Below, in pieces: positions 1-8,400 of a DNA stretch of 27,942 nt (positions within the stretch are counted from its first letter, which is position 1; the number at the start of each line of letters is the position of its first letter). A model generated the notes under the pieces. That model did no database searches, had not been told where the DNA came from, and saw only the letters and a program-made list of their open reading frames with translations. A program made the translations under genes and the position numbers. Origin of the DNA: a virus. Its lineage: Duplodnaviria; Caudoviricetes. The stretch is from positions 1 through 27,942 of IMG/VR virus record IMGVR_UViG_3300016667_000950. One strand, written 5' to 3'.

Positions 1-1849
1 TATTACAACCACCACCAATTGTTGAGTTTATTGTTGTAGCTGTATTACTATGGCCACCACCTATAACTGAATAATATCCACTAGCGCTATTATTACAACC
101 ACCTCCCATAAAAGCATATGCACAGGCTATATTATTTCGACCACCAGCGATAATACCGTAATAATCCCAAACAAAATTATTACAACCACCACCAATTGTA
201 GTATAATCGCTACTAGCTGTATTATAACTACCACCACCAACAGTTGAGCAATATCCACCAGCATTATTACAATAACCACCACCTACTGTAGCTGCATAAG
301 AACTAGCTGTATTATAACAACCACCACCAATTGTAGCAGAATAACCGCTAGCTATATTACCAACACCGCCGCCAATTACAGCATAGTTACCAGGAGAAAT
401 TTGGTTATTAATACCACCAGCGATAACACCGTAAGAAGCACATGCAGTATTACCCATACCACCACCGATTGCTGTTGTATCACCAGATATAAAATTCACA
501 CAACCTCCTGCAATATTACTCGCAATCCCGTTAACTATATTTAAACAACCACCACCTATCGATGCATAGTCACCTGTAGATGTATTATTATTACCACCTA
601 ATATACTAGATCCAATGCAAGAAGTAATATTATTAGAACCACCAGCGATAACGTTAATATTTCCGTTTGCACTATTACTACTACCGCCAGCAATCGTTGA
701 ATTAACTCCTGTGTTAGTTTGTGACGGGCCAACGGTAAGCTTACCCGTGCTACTTAAATTGCCAATAATGGTTTGTGTTGTACAGAAAAAGTTATTAGCA
801 TTTTTACATGCATAGTTAGCACTATTTGCACTGTACGTTGTATACACACTATCCCATCTAGCACTATTTGCATTTGTAGTTGTGTACGTACTATCTAATT
901 TTAGACCGTCATTCGAAACATCACGACCATCTACATTACCTGATACTATAATATTACCGGCTATATTTAAATTATTTGTAAATGTGGTATTTGAGGCATT
1001 TGCAGTTATACATGAACCTATTATAAACGCATTACTACAGGAATTTGTACTATTATATTGACCACCTAATACGCCAGAATAGGCGCCACTAGCAGTATTA
1101 TTAAATCCACCCACAACTACATTGAAGTTATTATATGTATTGTTAAACTTTCCACCTAGTATAGCAGAATAACAACTACTTGTATTAATTTTATTAGTCT
1201 GACCGCCTCCAATTATACCAGCATCACCACTTGTATTAATGATGTTATCTGCACCACCACCAATAATACCCTTTAAAGCTGCATTACAATTATTAACACC
1301 ACCAGCAACTACAGATCGTGTTCCACTAGCTGTGTTGTAATCACCACCAGTAATAACAGATCGATATCCGCTAGCTGTATTTGAGAGACCACCACCTATA
1401 GACGCTGCATTACCACTAGCTGTATTACAACAACCACCTCCGACAACTGCATAGTTGTTAGTACTTTGATTTTGTCGACCACCATCAACTACAGAATATA
1501 CCCCACTAGCGGTATTACTATATCCACCTCCGACGATAGAATAATTACCACTTGAAATAGAATTAACACCTATAACGTTACTACAAACTCCTGTATTAGC
1601 GTTACCTGGCCCGCCTATTGTTACCTTTGTGTTTGAGCTTAGTAACCCAGCAATAGATTGTATACCGGAAAAATTATTACCACCATTCAATACAGCAAAT
1701 TGACCAGTACCTAATATCGCACCAGATATGTAACCGGTGAAAGAGCTTAACGGTCCATTCTGTGTAGTACTAGATCCAACAAGAGGTATAAGTTCACGGC
1801 CAGAATATACTCCAACGTGTGAAGGTAATTGTGATATTTTAACACCCAT
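1..1849 (-). CDS. Tail fibre/adhesin-like protein with Gly-rich ~14-aa repeats (YadA-head/Hep-Hag-like), 3'-truncated by the window edge
   Basis: Absent from the ORF track (no stop inside the window). ATG at 1849 reads MGVKISQLPSHVG..., then many repeats like IVGGGYSNTASGVYS / VVGGGCCNTASGNAA; the same frame is seen at the window end (IGGGCN). TAAATA lies 5 nt upstream of the ATG. Confidence 0.85.
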   Translation of the reverse strand, partial: MGVKISQLPSHVGVYSGRELIPLVGSSTTQNGPLSSFTGYISGAILGTGQFAVLNGGNNFSGIQSIAGLLSSNTKVTIGGPGNANTGVCSNVIGVNSISSGNYSIVGGGYSNTASGVYSVVDGGRQNQSTNNYAVVGGGCCNTASGNAASIGGGLSNTASGYRSVITGGDYNTASGTRSVVAGGVNNCNAALKGIIGGGADNIINTSGDAGIIGGGQTNKINTSSCYSAILGGKFNNTYNNFNVVVGGFNNTASGAYSGVLGGQYNSTNSCSNAFIIGSCITANASNTTFTNNLNIAGNIIVSGNVDGRDVSNDGLKLDSTYTTTNANSARWDSVYTTYSANSANYACKNANNFFCTTQTIIGNLSSTGKLTVGPSQTNTGVNSTIAGGSSNSANGNINVIAGGSNNITSCIGSSILGGNNNTSTGDYASIGGGCLNIVNGIASNIAGGCVNFISGDTTAIGGGMGNTACASYGVIAGGINNQISPGNYAVIGGGVGNIASGYSATIGGGCYNTASSYAATVGGGYCNNAGGYCSTVGGGSYNTASSDYTTIGGGCNNFVWDYYGIIAGGRNNIACAYAFMGGGCNNSASGYYSVIGGGHSNTATTINSTIGGGCN

Positions 1850-1854
1850 ACATT

Positions 1855-1860
1855 TATTTA
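1855..1860 (-). promoter_or_regulatory. T4-like late promoter core (TAAATA)
   Basis: TAAATA-N5-ATG before the fibre gene; the same spacing occurs at 2884, 6792 and 10368-10373 (-). Confidence 0.6.
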
Positions 1861-1943
1861 ATAATAAAAAGCTATGTTTAATATTTTGCAACCGAGAAAA
1901 AAAGCTAGTTGATTTATAATATCCGATGATATAATAATTTTAT

Positions 1944-2651
1944 ATGAAAGTTAAGAGTAGTGTATCTTTTGATGCAAAATCACATACATACACTCATAAA
2001 ACATTAGGTAAATTTATTTCTGTAACTACTTTATTAGGTAAGTATAAAGAACATTTTGATGCTAATAAACATGCCACTCGGGTCGCTCAGCGTGAAGGTG
2101 TACCTAAAGAAATGATTTTAGAGCTGTGGGAGAATGAAAAAAATAAAGCTTGTGAGAGAGGTACAAATATCCACGAGCTTTTAGAAAATTATATCAACTT
2201 TGGTGATACAGAAGAAAACTATATGTGGTTATATAAAACATATAACAATATTGTTGAAAGATGTATCGATAGGTATGATAAAGTCTTGAGTGAAAATCTT
2301 CTTTATGATGAAGATTTTAAGGTTGCAGGTACTGCAGATCTTATCTACGAACATAAGGATGAATTTACTATTGCTGACTTTAAGACTAATAAAAAGTTTC
2401 GCTTTAGTTCAGCCTTTAATGAAAAACTGTTACCACCGGTTGATCATCTACATAACTGCGAATTTAATATATACGCATTGCAGTTATCTATGTATGCTTT
2501 TATGTATGAAAAACTTACAGGGAAAAAGTGTCGTAAATGTGTTATCTTTTATCTAAAGGAAGATAAATTTATACCATATCATGTAAATTATCTTAAAAGT
2601 GATATACAAGCTTTGTTGGATGCTTTTAAAAAATCAGCTGCAGCAGTATAA
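1944..2651 (+). CDS. PD-(D/E)XK (Cas4/RecB-like) exonuclease
   Basis: SVTTLLG, RGTNIHE, E..LYD...AGTADL, DFKT and Y.LQLS.YA motifs; extended -10 (TGaTATAAT, 1927-1935) upstream. Confidence 0.85.
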   Translation: MKVKSSVSFDAKSHTYTHKTLGKFISVTTLLGKYKEHFDANKHATRVAQREGVPKEMILELWENEKNKACERGTNIHELLENYINFGDTEENYMWLYKTYNNIVERCIDRYDKVLSENLLYDEDFKVAGTADLIYEHKDEFTIADFKTNKKFRFSSAFNEKLLPPVDHLHNCEFNIYALQLSMYAFMYEKLTGKKCRKCVIFYLKEDKFIPYHVNYLKSDIQALLDAFKKSAAAV

Positions 2652-2670
2652 ATACTGAATATATTGACAA

Positions 2671-2886
2671 ATGAAGAAAACAACTCTTTTAAAAAAGCTA
2701 GACGAAAAAGTACAGAAAATATATGATTCTTTATACAGCTTAAAAGAACTTTTAGATTCTGTTGAAGATGGTGAGTTAGAAGCTATGGCAGATGAATTTG
2801 TTGAGTTAATGGAGTCAACCATTTCTGAAGGGGATATTAATATAGAGAGTATTAAAGATTATATTTACGAATATTATGAAAATTAA
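2671..2886 (+). CDS. Hypothetical acidic helical protein
   Basis: 71-aa ORF downstream of TATAAATA (2647-2654). Confidence 0.7.
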   Translation: MKKTTLLKKLDEKVQKIYDSLYSLKELLDSVEDGELEAMADEFVELMESTISEGDINIESIKDYIYEYYEN

Positions 2887-2894
2887 ATACTAAT

Positions 2895-3107
2895 ATGAAA
2901 AAATCATTTAAATCTTTCTTCGCTAACAAATATCTTAAACCAGTTAATACCTCAATTGAGTATGATCCTAAGCAGCTCGAGATGGGTATAGCAGTTGAGA
3001 TGGAACATACTAATAATAAATCGATCGCTGAGACAATTGCAAAGCATCACCTAGCTGAAGTACCTGACTACTATACTAAGCTCAAAAAAGTTGAAGAAAA
3101 GTCCTAG
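2895..3107 (+). CDS. DUF5661-like phage protein
   Basis: Signature LEMGIAVEMEHT...IAKHHLAEVPDYYTKL; TAAATA-N5-ATG upstream. Confidence 0.75.
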   Translation: MKKSFKSFFANKYLKPVNTSIEYDPKQLEMGIAVEMEHTNNKSIAETIAKHHLAEVPDYYTKLKKVEEKS

Positions 3108-3146
3108 TTGCAATTAATTAATAGGGCGTTATAATCCTTATAAAGA

Positions 3147-3992
3147 ATGAATAACGTCCTAATATTAGGAGCTGGTTATGTTGGTACAGCTCTATCACAC
3201 GCATTAACAAATTCGAATATTAAATGTCATCTCCGTGCGCGCAAAGATCTTAACTACACCGACGAAGCCGACTTGGATCGATACATTCGCAACAATAATA
3301 TTAATTATGTTGTTAATTCTTTTGGATTTACTGGACGTCCAAATGTGGATGAAGGGGAAGCGAAAAAGAAAGAATGTTGGGAATTAAACGTTGCAAGCCC
3401 TTTAAGAGTTAGCAACGTTTGCAAACGTTTAAATGTTAACTATATTCATATTTCATCCGGGTGTATTTTTTCCGGGTATGAAAAAGCATTTAGTGAAAAG
3501 GATGAGCCAAATTTCGGGCTATTTGATAAATCGTCTTTTTACTCAAAAACAAAGCATGCATTTGAAACACTTAATGACTATGGATGTACTATTCGAGTCA
3601 GAATGCCCTTTAGTGATACATTAAGTGAACGAAGCTATCTAACTAAAATTCTAAAGTACAATAACCTAATAGATTTTAAAAACTCAAAGACATATGTTAA
3701 CGATCTTTGTAATTTTATTCATTATATTGTTATTAATTCCATTAAAGCTTCTTCTATCGGTATTATTAATTTTGTTAATCCTGGAGCTCTTAATACTTCT
3801 GATGTAACAGAAATCCTAACTGCATATAATTTTACTAACAAAAATTGGAAGTTTGTAGACGTAAAAACTCTTAATTTAGCGGCACCGCGTTCTAATTGCG
3901 TCCTTTCTATGGATAAATTTAAGAATATGTTTCCTGATTTTTATATTCAAACTGAGCGTGAAGCACTTGCAAAAGCGTTAGCTAGTTGTTAA
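3147..3992 (+). CDS. NDP-4-keto-6-deoxyglucose 3,5-epimerase/4-reductase (NRS/ER-like, RmlD-substrate-binding SDR)
   Basis: GAGYVG Rossmann motif; TGRPNVD, SGCIF, PNF, FYSKTK (YxxxK), RVRMP, NFVNPG and APRSN motifs, as in plant UER1-type enzymes. Confidence 0.8.
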   Translation: MNNVLILGAGYVGTALSHALTNSNIKCHLRARKDLNYTDEADLDRYIRNNNINYVVNSFGFTGRPNVDEGEAKKKECWELNVASPLRVSNVCKRLNVNYIHISSGCIFSGYEKAFSEKDEPNFGLFDKSSFYSKTKHAFETLNDYGCTIRVRMPFSDTLSERSYLTKILKYNNLIDFKNSKTYVNDLCNFIHYIVINSIKASSIGIINFVNPGALNTSDVTEILTAYNFTNKNWKFVDVKTLNLAAPRSNCVLSMDKFKNMFPDFYIQTEREALAKALASC

Positions 3993-4001
3993 TATACGTT
4001 T

Positions 4002-4739
4002 ATGCTCAAGGGTATTATTTTAGCAGGTGGTAAAGGTACTAGACTTTCACCTACAACAACAGCAATATCTAAACAATTACATTGCGTATACAATAAACCG
4101 ATGATTTATTACCCTCTTAAGACTCTTAAAGATTTAGGAGTCAAAGAGGTTCTTATAATTACTGCTGATCCACAACAATGTAGGTTATTTGAAGAACAGC
4201 TCAAAGATGGTTCTCAATATGGTTTAAAGTTACAATACACAGTTCAGGATAGACCGAATGGTATTCCAGAAGCATTTATTATTGGTGAAGAATTTATTGG
4301 GGATGATAATGTTGCTCTTATTTTAGGTGATAATGTTATTATTACCGCTACAGATGAGCCAATTATTGCACAACCCAATACCATTTTTACTTATAAGGTA
4401 GTTAATCCGAGTGCATACGGTGTAGCTAAAGTTGAAGATAATCAGCTAATTGAGCTTGTAGAGAAGCCATCTGAATATATTAGTTCAGATGCGGTAATAG
4501 GTTTATATATACTTGATGGTCCTCGCGCTGTAGAAATTGCAAAGAACTTAAAACCTTCAGCACGCGGAGAATACGAAATTACAGATCTGATTAAACAAAT
4601 CAATACTTGTATATCGCCTGTGTGGGTTGAAGAACTTCATGGTTTCTGGTTTGACTGCGGAACTCATGACGATCTGCTAGAATGTGCTAATTTAGTTAGA
4701 GCTATTGAACAAAGGACAGGTAGAAGAATAGGATTATGA
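4002..4739 (+). CDS. rmlA: Glucose-1-phosphate thymidylyltransferase
   Basis: KGIILAGGKGTRLSP, SKQL..VYNKPMIYYPL, LILGDN, EKP, SARGEYEITD, WFDCGT. Confidence 0.95.
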   Translation: MLKGIILAGGKGTRLSPTTTAISKQLHCVYNKPMIYYPLKTLKDLGVKEVLIITADPQQCRLFEEQLKDGSQYGLKLQYTVQDRPNGIPEAFIIGEEFIGDDNVALILGDNVIITATDEPIIAQPNTIFTYKVVNPSAYGVAKVEDNQLIELVEKPSEYISSDAVIGLYILDGPRAVEIAKNLKPSARGEYEITDLIKQINTCISPVWVEELHGFWFDCGTHDDLLECANLVRAIEQRTGRRIGL

Positions 4740-5677
4740 AAAATATATTAGTAACAGGTGGTTGTGGGTTTATTGGATCCTACGTTGTAGCGGAACTTCT
4801 TGAGCAAGAAGATGTAGTTATTTATAATGTAGATAAACTGGGTGTTGGTTCTAGTGAAGAAAATATTAAAGATCATCCAAGAGTAAAAAATTACTTCTTA
4901 GATATTGCAAAAAAAGATTTCTACGAGGATCTTCCAAAAATTGATTACATTGTACATCTTGCTGCAGAGTCTCATGTCGATCGATCAATTACAGATCCAC
5001 TAGCATTTGTTGATTCAAATGTTAAAGGCACAGCAAATGTTTTAGAATTAGCGAGAATTGATAATGCACGTATGGTACATGTATCTACTGATGAAGTTTA
5101 TGGTCATCTCCAACAGCATGAAGCACCCTTTACAGAAGAATCTCCATTACAGCCTAGATCTCCATATTCAGCGTCAAAAGCTGGTTCAGATCTTTTAGTA
5201 TTATCATATATTAATACTTACGGGCTTAATGCATCAATTACTAGATGTTGTAATAACTATGGACCTAGACAGCACTACGAGAAATTTATCCCTACTATTG
5301 TTAACTCATTAGTACGCGGTGAGCAGATTCCAGTCTATGGCGCAGGTGACAATATTCGTGAATGGATTTTTGCAGAAGATCATGCAAAAGCTATTATTGA
5401 AGTATTATTTACAGAGCATGCTGCAACTGTGTACAATATTCCAGGATCGATTACTCTCACAAACCTTCAATTAGTTGAGAGTATTGTAAAAGTTATAGAG
5501 AGTAAGTATCCAGAATATCTAAGATTAGAGCAAGATTATATCAAATTCGTAAGTGATAGATTAGGTCATGACTTTAAATATGAGCTTTCAACTCAGCATG
5601 AATTGGATGCAGTAAAAAATCAACGTGAGTTTGATTTATACCCAACGGTAAAATATTATGTTGATAGGCAGAGTTGA
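4736..5677 (+). CDS. rmlB: dTDP-glucose 4,6-dehydratase
   Basis: VTGGCGFIGS, HLAAESHVDRSI, HVSTDEVYG, SPYSASKAGSD, NNYGP, DRLGHD; ATGA overlap with rmlA. Confidence 0.95.
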   Translation: MKNILVTGGCGFIGSYVVAELLEQEDVVIYNVDKLGVGSSEENIKDHPRVKNYFLDIAKKDFYEDLPKIDYIVHLAAESHVDRSITDPLAFVDSNVKGTANVLELARIDNARMVHVSTDEVYGHLQQHEAPFTEESPLQPRSPYSASKAGSDLLVLSYINTYGLNASITRCCNNYGPRQHYEKFIPTIVNSLVRGEQIPVYGAGDNIREWIFAEDHAKAIIEVLFTEHAATVYNIPGSITLTNLQLVESIVKVIESKYPEYLRLEQDYIKFVSDRLGHDFKYELSTQHELDAVKNQREFDLYPTVKYYVDRQS

Positions 5678-5685
5678 ACACTAGA

Positions 5686-5701
5686 GGAACACCATTATAA
5701 T
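5686..5701 (+). promoter_or_regulatory. GGAAC-N5-TATAAT promoter motif (first of ~18 copies)
   Basis: GGAAC ACCAT TATAAT AAAGAC ATG(5708); all copies are listed in the findings. Confidence 0.75.
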
Positions 5702-5707
5702 AAAGAC

Positions 5708-5893
5708 ATGAAAAAGCGATTTCCAAAAAAACCATTTGACTACGGCAAGTATATTGTCGAATATAAGGAGTCAAAAGGTGGTTTATTACGCTTTGCAAAA
5801 GAACATATTAATACTTTTGAGAAAGCTCAAGAAGTTAGAGAAAAATTATTAAAGGCAGGTTATTTTGAACCAGTAATCAAAGTAGTGGGGTGA
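5708..5893 (+). CDS. Hypothetical basic protein
   Basis: 61-aa ORF directly after the GGAAC motif; GTGA overlap with the next gene. Confidence 0.75.
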   Translation: MKKRFPKKPFDYGKYIVEYKESKGGLLRFAKEHINTFEKAQEVREKLLKAGYFEPVIKVVG

Positions 5894-6354
5894 TTAAGTT
5901 CTTACCAACCAAGGGAGTAGTTAAGTCAACTAATATTGACTATGAGCTACTCGCTTGGATATTTACCAAAGTATTTGAAGATAATTTTGATCGAAAGTTA
6001 AACCTTAAATTTCGAATTCAAAAAAGTAGACATAAAGAAACAAGCTTAATCTACTTTGTTTCAAAGAAAAAATATAATATTCATTTAGACTGTACTAGTA
6101 AAAATACACTAAAGCATATTATTAGTTGTTTATTACACGAAGTTCGGCATGCTCTACAATTTGTTATTTTTAAATATGATGTGGAATGTGAGTTTACAAG
6201 CTATTACGAGTATTATAATTCTATTGAGGAAAGAGATGCACGGAGATTTGAAAAACTCACTACTTCGATTACAGCAATTTACAATAAGTTTATTGAATCT
6301 TCGAAAGTTTTCGAGAAGTTGAACCTTAAGGAACTTCATTATAATAAGATGTAA
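5890..6354 (+). CDS. HExxH zinc metallopeptidase-like protein
   Basis: LLHEVRHALQ plus a downstream E.DA motif. Confidence 0.7.
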   Translation: MIKFLPTKGVVKSTNIDYELLAWIFTKVFEDNFDRKLNLKFRIQKSRHKETSLIYFVSKKKYNIHLDCTSKNTLKHIISCLLHEVRHALQFVIFKYDVECEFTSYYEYYNSIEERDARRFEKLTTSITAIYNKFIESSKVFEKLNLKELHYNKM

Positions 6355-6370
6355 TCGAACTGCTCGTAAA

Positions 6371-6595
6371 ATGAAAAAAATACGATTTATTGATCAAGTA
6401 TCACCATCTAACGATGGTACTTTGATTGATATGATCTATGATATTATTGATAATAAGGTACGCTTTATTGATTTAAAATGTCACCTTATTATTGATGGTA
6501 TTGTAGGTAGTCCAGTAAATATTGATGCTGTTGTTAAGCTAACATTTGCTGGATATTTGATACAAATCCTAGAACAGGAACTAGACTATAATTGA
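6371..6595 (+). CDS. Hypothetical protein
   Basis: 74-aa ORF between two GGAAC motifs (6330, 6577). Confidence 0.65.
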   Translation: MKKIRFIDQVSPSNDGTLIDMIYDIIDNKVRFIDLKCHLIIDGIVGSPVNIDAVVKLTFAGYLIQILEQELDYN

Positions 6596-6614
6596 ATTAT
6601 AAATAAAGACAAAA

Positions 6615-6794
6615 ATGCATCAAGGTAAAATCGATAAGTACACATTCGAACTAGAAACTGAAACCAACCGTATCCTCGTGTATGAGGAAGGTCAAGGCAT
6701 TGAACCAGTATCACTGATCAATGTTAAGCCAAACATCTCAGAAAAGGCCTTTCATTATGAGATCATGGATTGGTATAGTTCTAACATTGGATAA
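6615..6794 (+). CDS. Hypothetical protein (59 aa, below the ORF-track cutoff)
   Basis: Hand translation MHQGKIDKYTFELETETNRILVYEEG...WYSSNIG*; fills the gap. Confidence 0.7.
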   Translation: MHQGKIDKYTFELETETNRILVYEEGQGIEPVSLINVKPNISEKAFHYEIMDWYSSNIG

Positions 6795-6802
6795 ATACAG
6801 AT

Positions 6803-7042
6803 ATGAATCAACAGTTTGTTTTAGCGACTGCATCTTTTTGCGGTCCTTGTAAGATGCTCAAGGATCGTATTGAGACTGCTGGTTTAAGTAACAAGGTAGA
6901 ATTTAAAAATATGGAAGATAATATGGATTTCTTTAGAAGTCATAATATTAAATCCGTACCTCAACTCCTTATTATGAATGGAGGTGTAGTTGAGGTAGTT
7001 AAAAACGTTGAAGATATTTTTACAGCTATCACAAATGCTTAA
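6803..7042 (+). CDS. Thioredoxin/glutaredoxin-like protein
   Basis: FCGPCKMLK active site and IKSVPQL cis-Pro motif. Confidence 0.85.
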   Translation: MNQQFVLATASFCGPCKMLKDRIETAGLSNKVEFKNMEDNMDFFRSHNIKSVPQLLIMNGGVVEVVKNVEDIFTAITNA

Positions 7043-7205
7043 TACAGCCTGGAGAGTTTGGGCGAAGGCAATGGGAAATAAAATATCAGATTCAAACTCA
7101 GAGTCTGATATAGCTGCGATAATCAGAACACTCTATTGGGTGATAAACATCATTACATGTATTTTTATCGTTGCAAACGCAGGAAGAAATCTTAAAATCT
7201 GGTAA
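7035..7205 (+). CDS. Small membrane protein of T4-like phages
   Basis: WRVWAKAMGNK...SD..A.IRT followed by one TM helix; start moved to ATG 7035. Confidence 0.7.
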   Translation: MLNTAWRVWAKAMGNKISDSNSESDIAAIIRTLYWVINIITCIFIVANAGRNLKIW

Positions 7206-7263
7206 AAAGTACTGGATTATTTAAAGATATATTATAATATTTATTCATCTCCAATAGTATATT

Positions 7264-7271
7264 TATAAATA
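7264..7271 (+). promoter_or_regulatory. T4-like late promoter TATAAATA
   Basis: Exact TATAAATA 9 nt before ATG 7281. Confidence 0.6.
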
Positions 7272-7280
7272 TTATTGGAG

Positions 7281-7598
7281 ATGGATCCTGAGCGCACATT
7301 ACTAAAGGACTTTTTAAGTGGAGGGTGGTTAATACCACTCTTGGGAGCGGCCGCGATGTTAGCTAGACTATTAAACTCAGGTACTCCTCTAAGTATAAAG
7401 GAGCAAATAAAAAAAATAATTAGTGCAGCTATTGCTTCAGGTATAACGTGGTTTGTATTGAAAGATGTTGAGGGGTGGGATTTATATAAAGCTATAGCTT
7501 ATGGTATTATTGGTGTTATTTCTCCAGAAATAATTAACGGTATTGTTAAGCTAGGCAAGAAATTCGAAAAACATCCAGAAAGATACATTAAAAAATGA
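7281..7598 (+). CDS. Membrane protein, holin-like (3 hydrophobic segments, basic C-terminus)
   Basis: Three TM-like stretches, tail KLGKKFEKHPERYIKK, late promoter upstream. The holin role is inference. Confidence 0.55.
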   Translation: MDPERTLLKDFLSGGWLIPLLGAAAMLARLLNSGTPLSIKEQIKKIISAAIASGITWFVLKDVEGWDLYKAIAYGIIGVISPEIINGIVKLGKKFEKHPERYIKK

Positions 7599-7837
7599 CC
7601 CCCCAAACATTATCTGTATATCTCCTTATTATTCTACAAGTCTTTGTAGTAAAAATACATCTATCACTAAATGCAATCGCTCTTATTATAGCTAACGCTA
7701 AAGATAACCATGAATGCATTATAGAAATTATGCGCAAGTTAGATAGCTTTGAACACGTACTAGTATATTGCTATGCGTTTATATTAAGTCTATTTTTTGT
7801 TTTTATACTCTCCAAATTAACTCATAGAAAAGAGTAG
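7595..7837 (+). CDS. Two-TM membrane protein
   Basis: Hydrophobic N- and C-terminal helices; ATGA overlap with the previous gene. Confidence 0.6.
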   Translation: MTPQTLSVYLLIILQVFVVKIHLSLNAIALIIANAKDNHECIIEIMRKLDSFEHVLVYCYAFILSLFFVFILSKLTHRKE

Positions 7838-7869
7838 ATTTATTAAATTAATATAATAAATTAAGGAAA

Positions 7870-7956
7870 GGGCGAGCGGCAACGACGGTGGGTTGCGTGA
7901 GACTGTAAATCTCATCTCTTCGGAGCTAGTGAGTTCGAATCTCACCTTTCCCACCA
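7870..7956 (+). tRNA. tRNA-Tyr(GTA)
   Basis: D stem GCAAC/GTTGC, anticodon arm TGAGA-CTGTAAA-TCTCA, long variable arm, T arm GTGAG-TTCGAAT-CTCAC, 3' ACCA. Confidence 0.9.
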
Positions 7957-7959
7957 TAT

Positions 7960-8033
7960 GCGTCATAAGTGTTACGATAGCACATCAGACTTCCACTCTG
8001 ATAGCATGGGTTTGACTCCCATATGACGCTCCA
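7960..8033 (+). tRNA. tRNA-Gly(TCC)
   Basis: Acceptor GCGTCAT/ATGACGC, anticodon arm TCAGA-CTTCCAC-TCTGA, T arm ATGGG-TTTGACT-CCCAT, 3' TCCA. Confidence 0.88.
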
Positions 8034-8164
8034 GCCTCTATATAAAATAAGTTGAAATCTTAAAGGAACTAAACTATAATAAATTTGCAATAGGACTCAC
8101 AAAGAGTGGTGATGCACATGAGTGATTAAGTTCACGTCTTCGGATTAACATGACAAGTATGCCT

Positions 8165-8186
8165 GTTAAAGCTCTTTAACTTTTTT
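8165..8186 (+). terminator. Intrinsic terminator-like hairpin
   Basis: GTTAAAG-CT-CTTTAAC followed by T6. Confidence 0.5.
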
Positions 8187-8198
8187 CTTAAAATATAG

Positions 8199-8226
8199 TT
8201 GACATCTCGAGCAACGAGATTAAATT
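8199..8226 (+). promoter_or_regulatory. Sigma70-type promoter for the tRNA-Asn/Thr pair
   Basis: TTGACA-N16-TAAATT just upstream of tRNA-Asn. Confidence 0.5.
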
Positions 8227-8241
8227 AATTTAATAAATAAC

Positions 8242-8316
8242 TCCCAGTAACGCACAGGGCGTGCGGCCCGCCTGTTAAGCGGTGTGAGTTTGGATCGTTG
8301 CCAAAACTGGGAGCCA
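8242..8316 (+). tRNA. tRNA-Asn(GTT)
   Basis: Acceptor TCCCAGT/ACTGGGA, anticodon loop CTGTTAA, T arm TTTGG-ATCGTTG-CCAAA, 3' GCCA. Confidence 0.85.
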
Positions 8317-8325
8317 TTTTTAACC

Positions 8326-8400
8326 GGCTTATAAGCATAGAAAGCGATGCACTGGATTTGTAACCCAGAGAGGAGTGTGCATGTCACTCATGAGCCTCCA
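8326..8400 (+). tRNA. tRNA-Thr(TGT), atypical
   Basis: Acceptor GGCTTAT/ATGAGCC, D stem GCAT/ATGC, anticodon loop TTTGTAA, T arm GAGTG-TGCATGT-CACTC, 3' TCCA. Confidence 0.8.

Noticed and set aside
615-1919. Track ORFs 615..815 and 1737..1919 (+)
   Set aside because: Antisense shadows of the long - strand fibre gene.
1944-2651. Cas4 as part of a CRISPR-Cas locus
   Set aside because: No array or other cas genes; stand-alone PD-(D/E)XK nucleases are common in phages.
5684-5690. Reading AAGGA/AGGA of the motif as a Shine-Dalgarno site
   Set aside because: It lies about 16-19 nt from the ATG, has fixed spacing to the -10 hexamer rather than the ATG, and also precedes non-coding regions.
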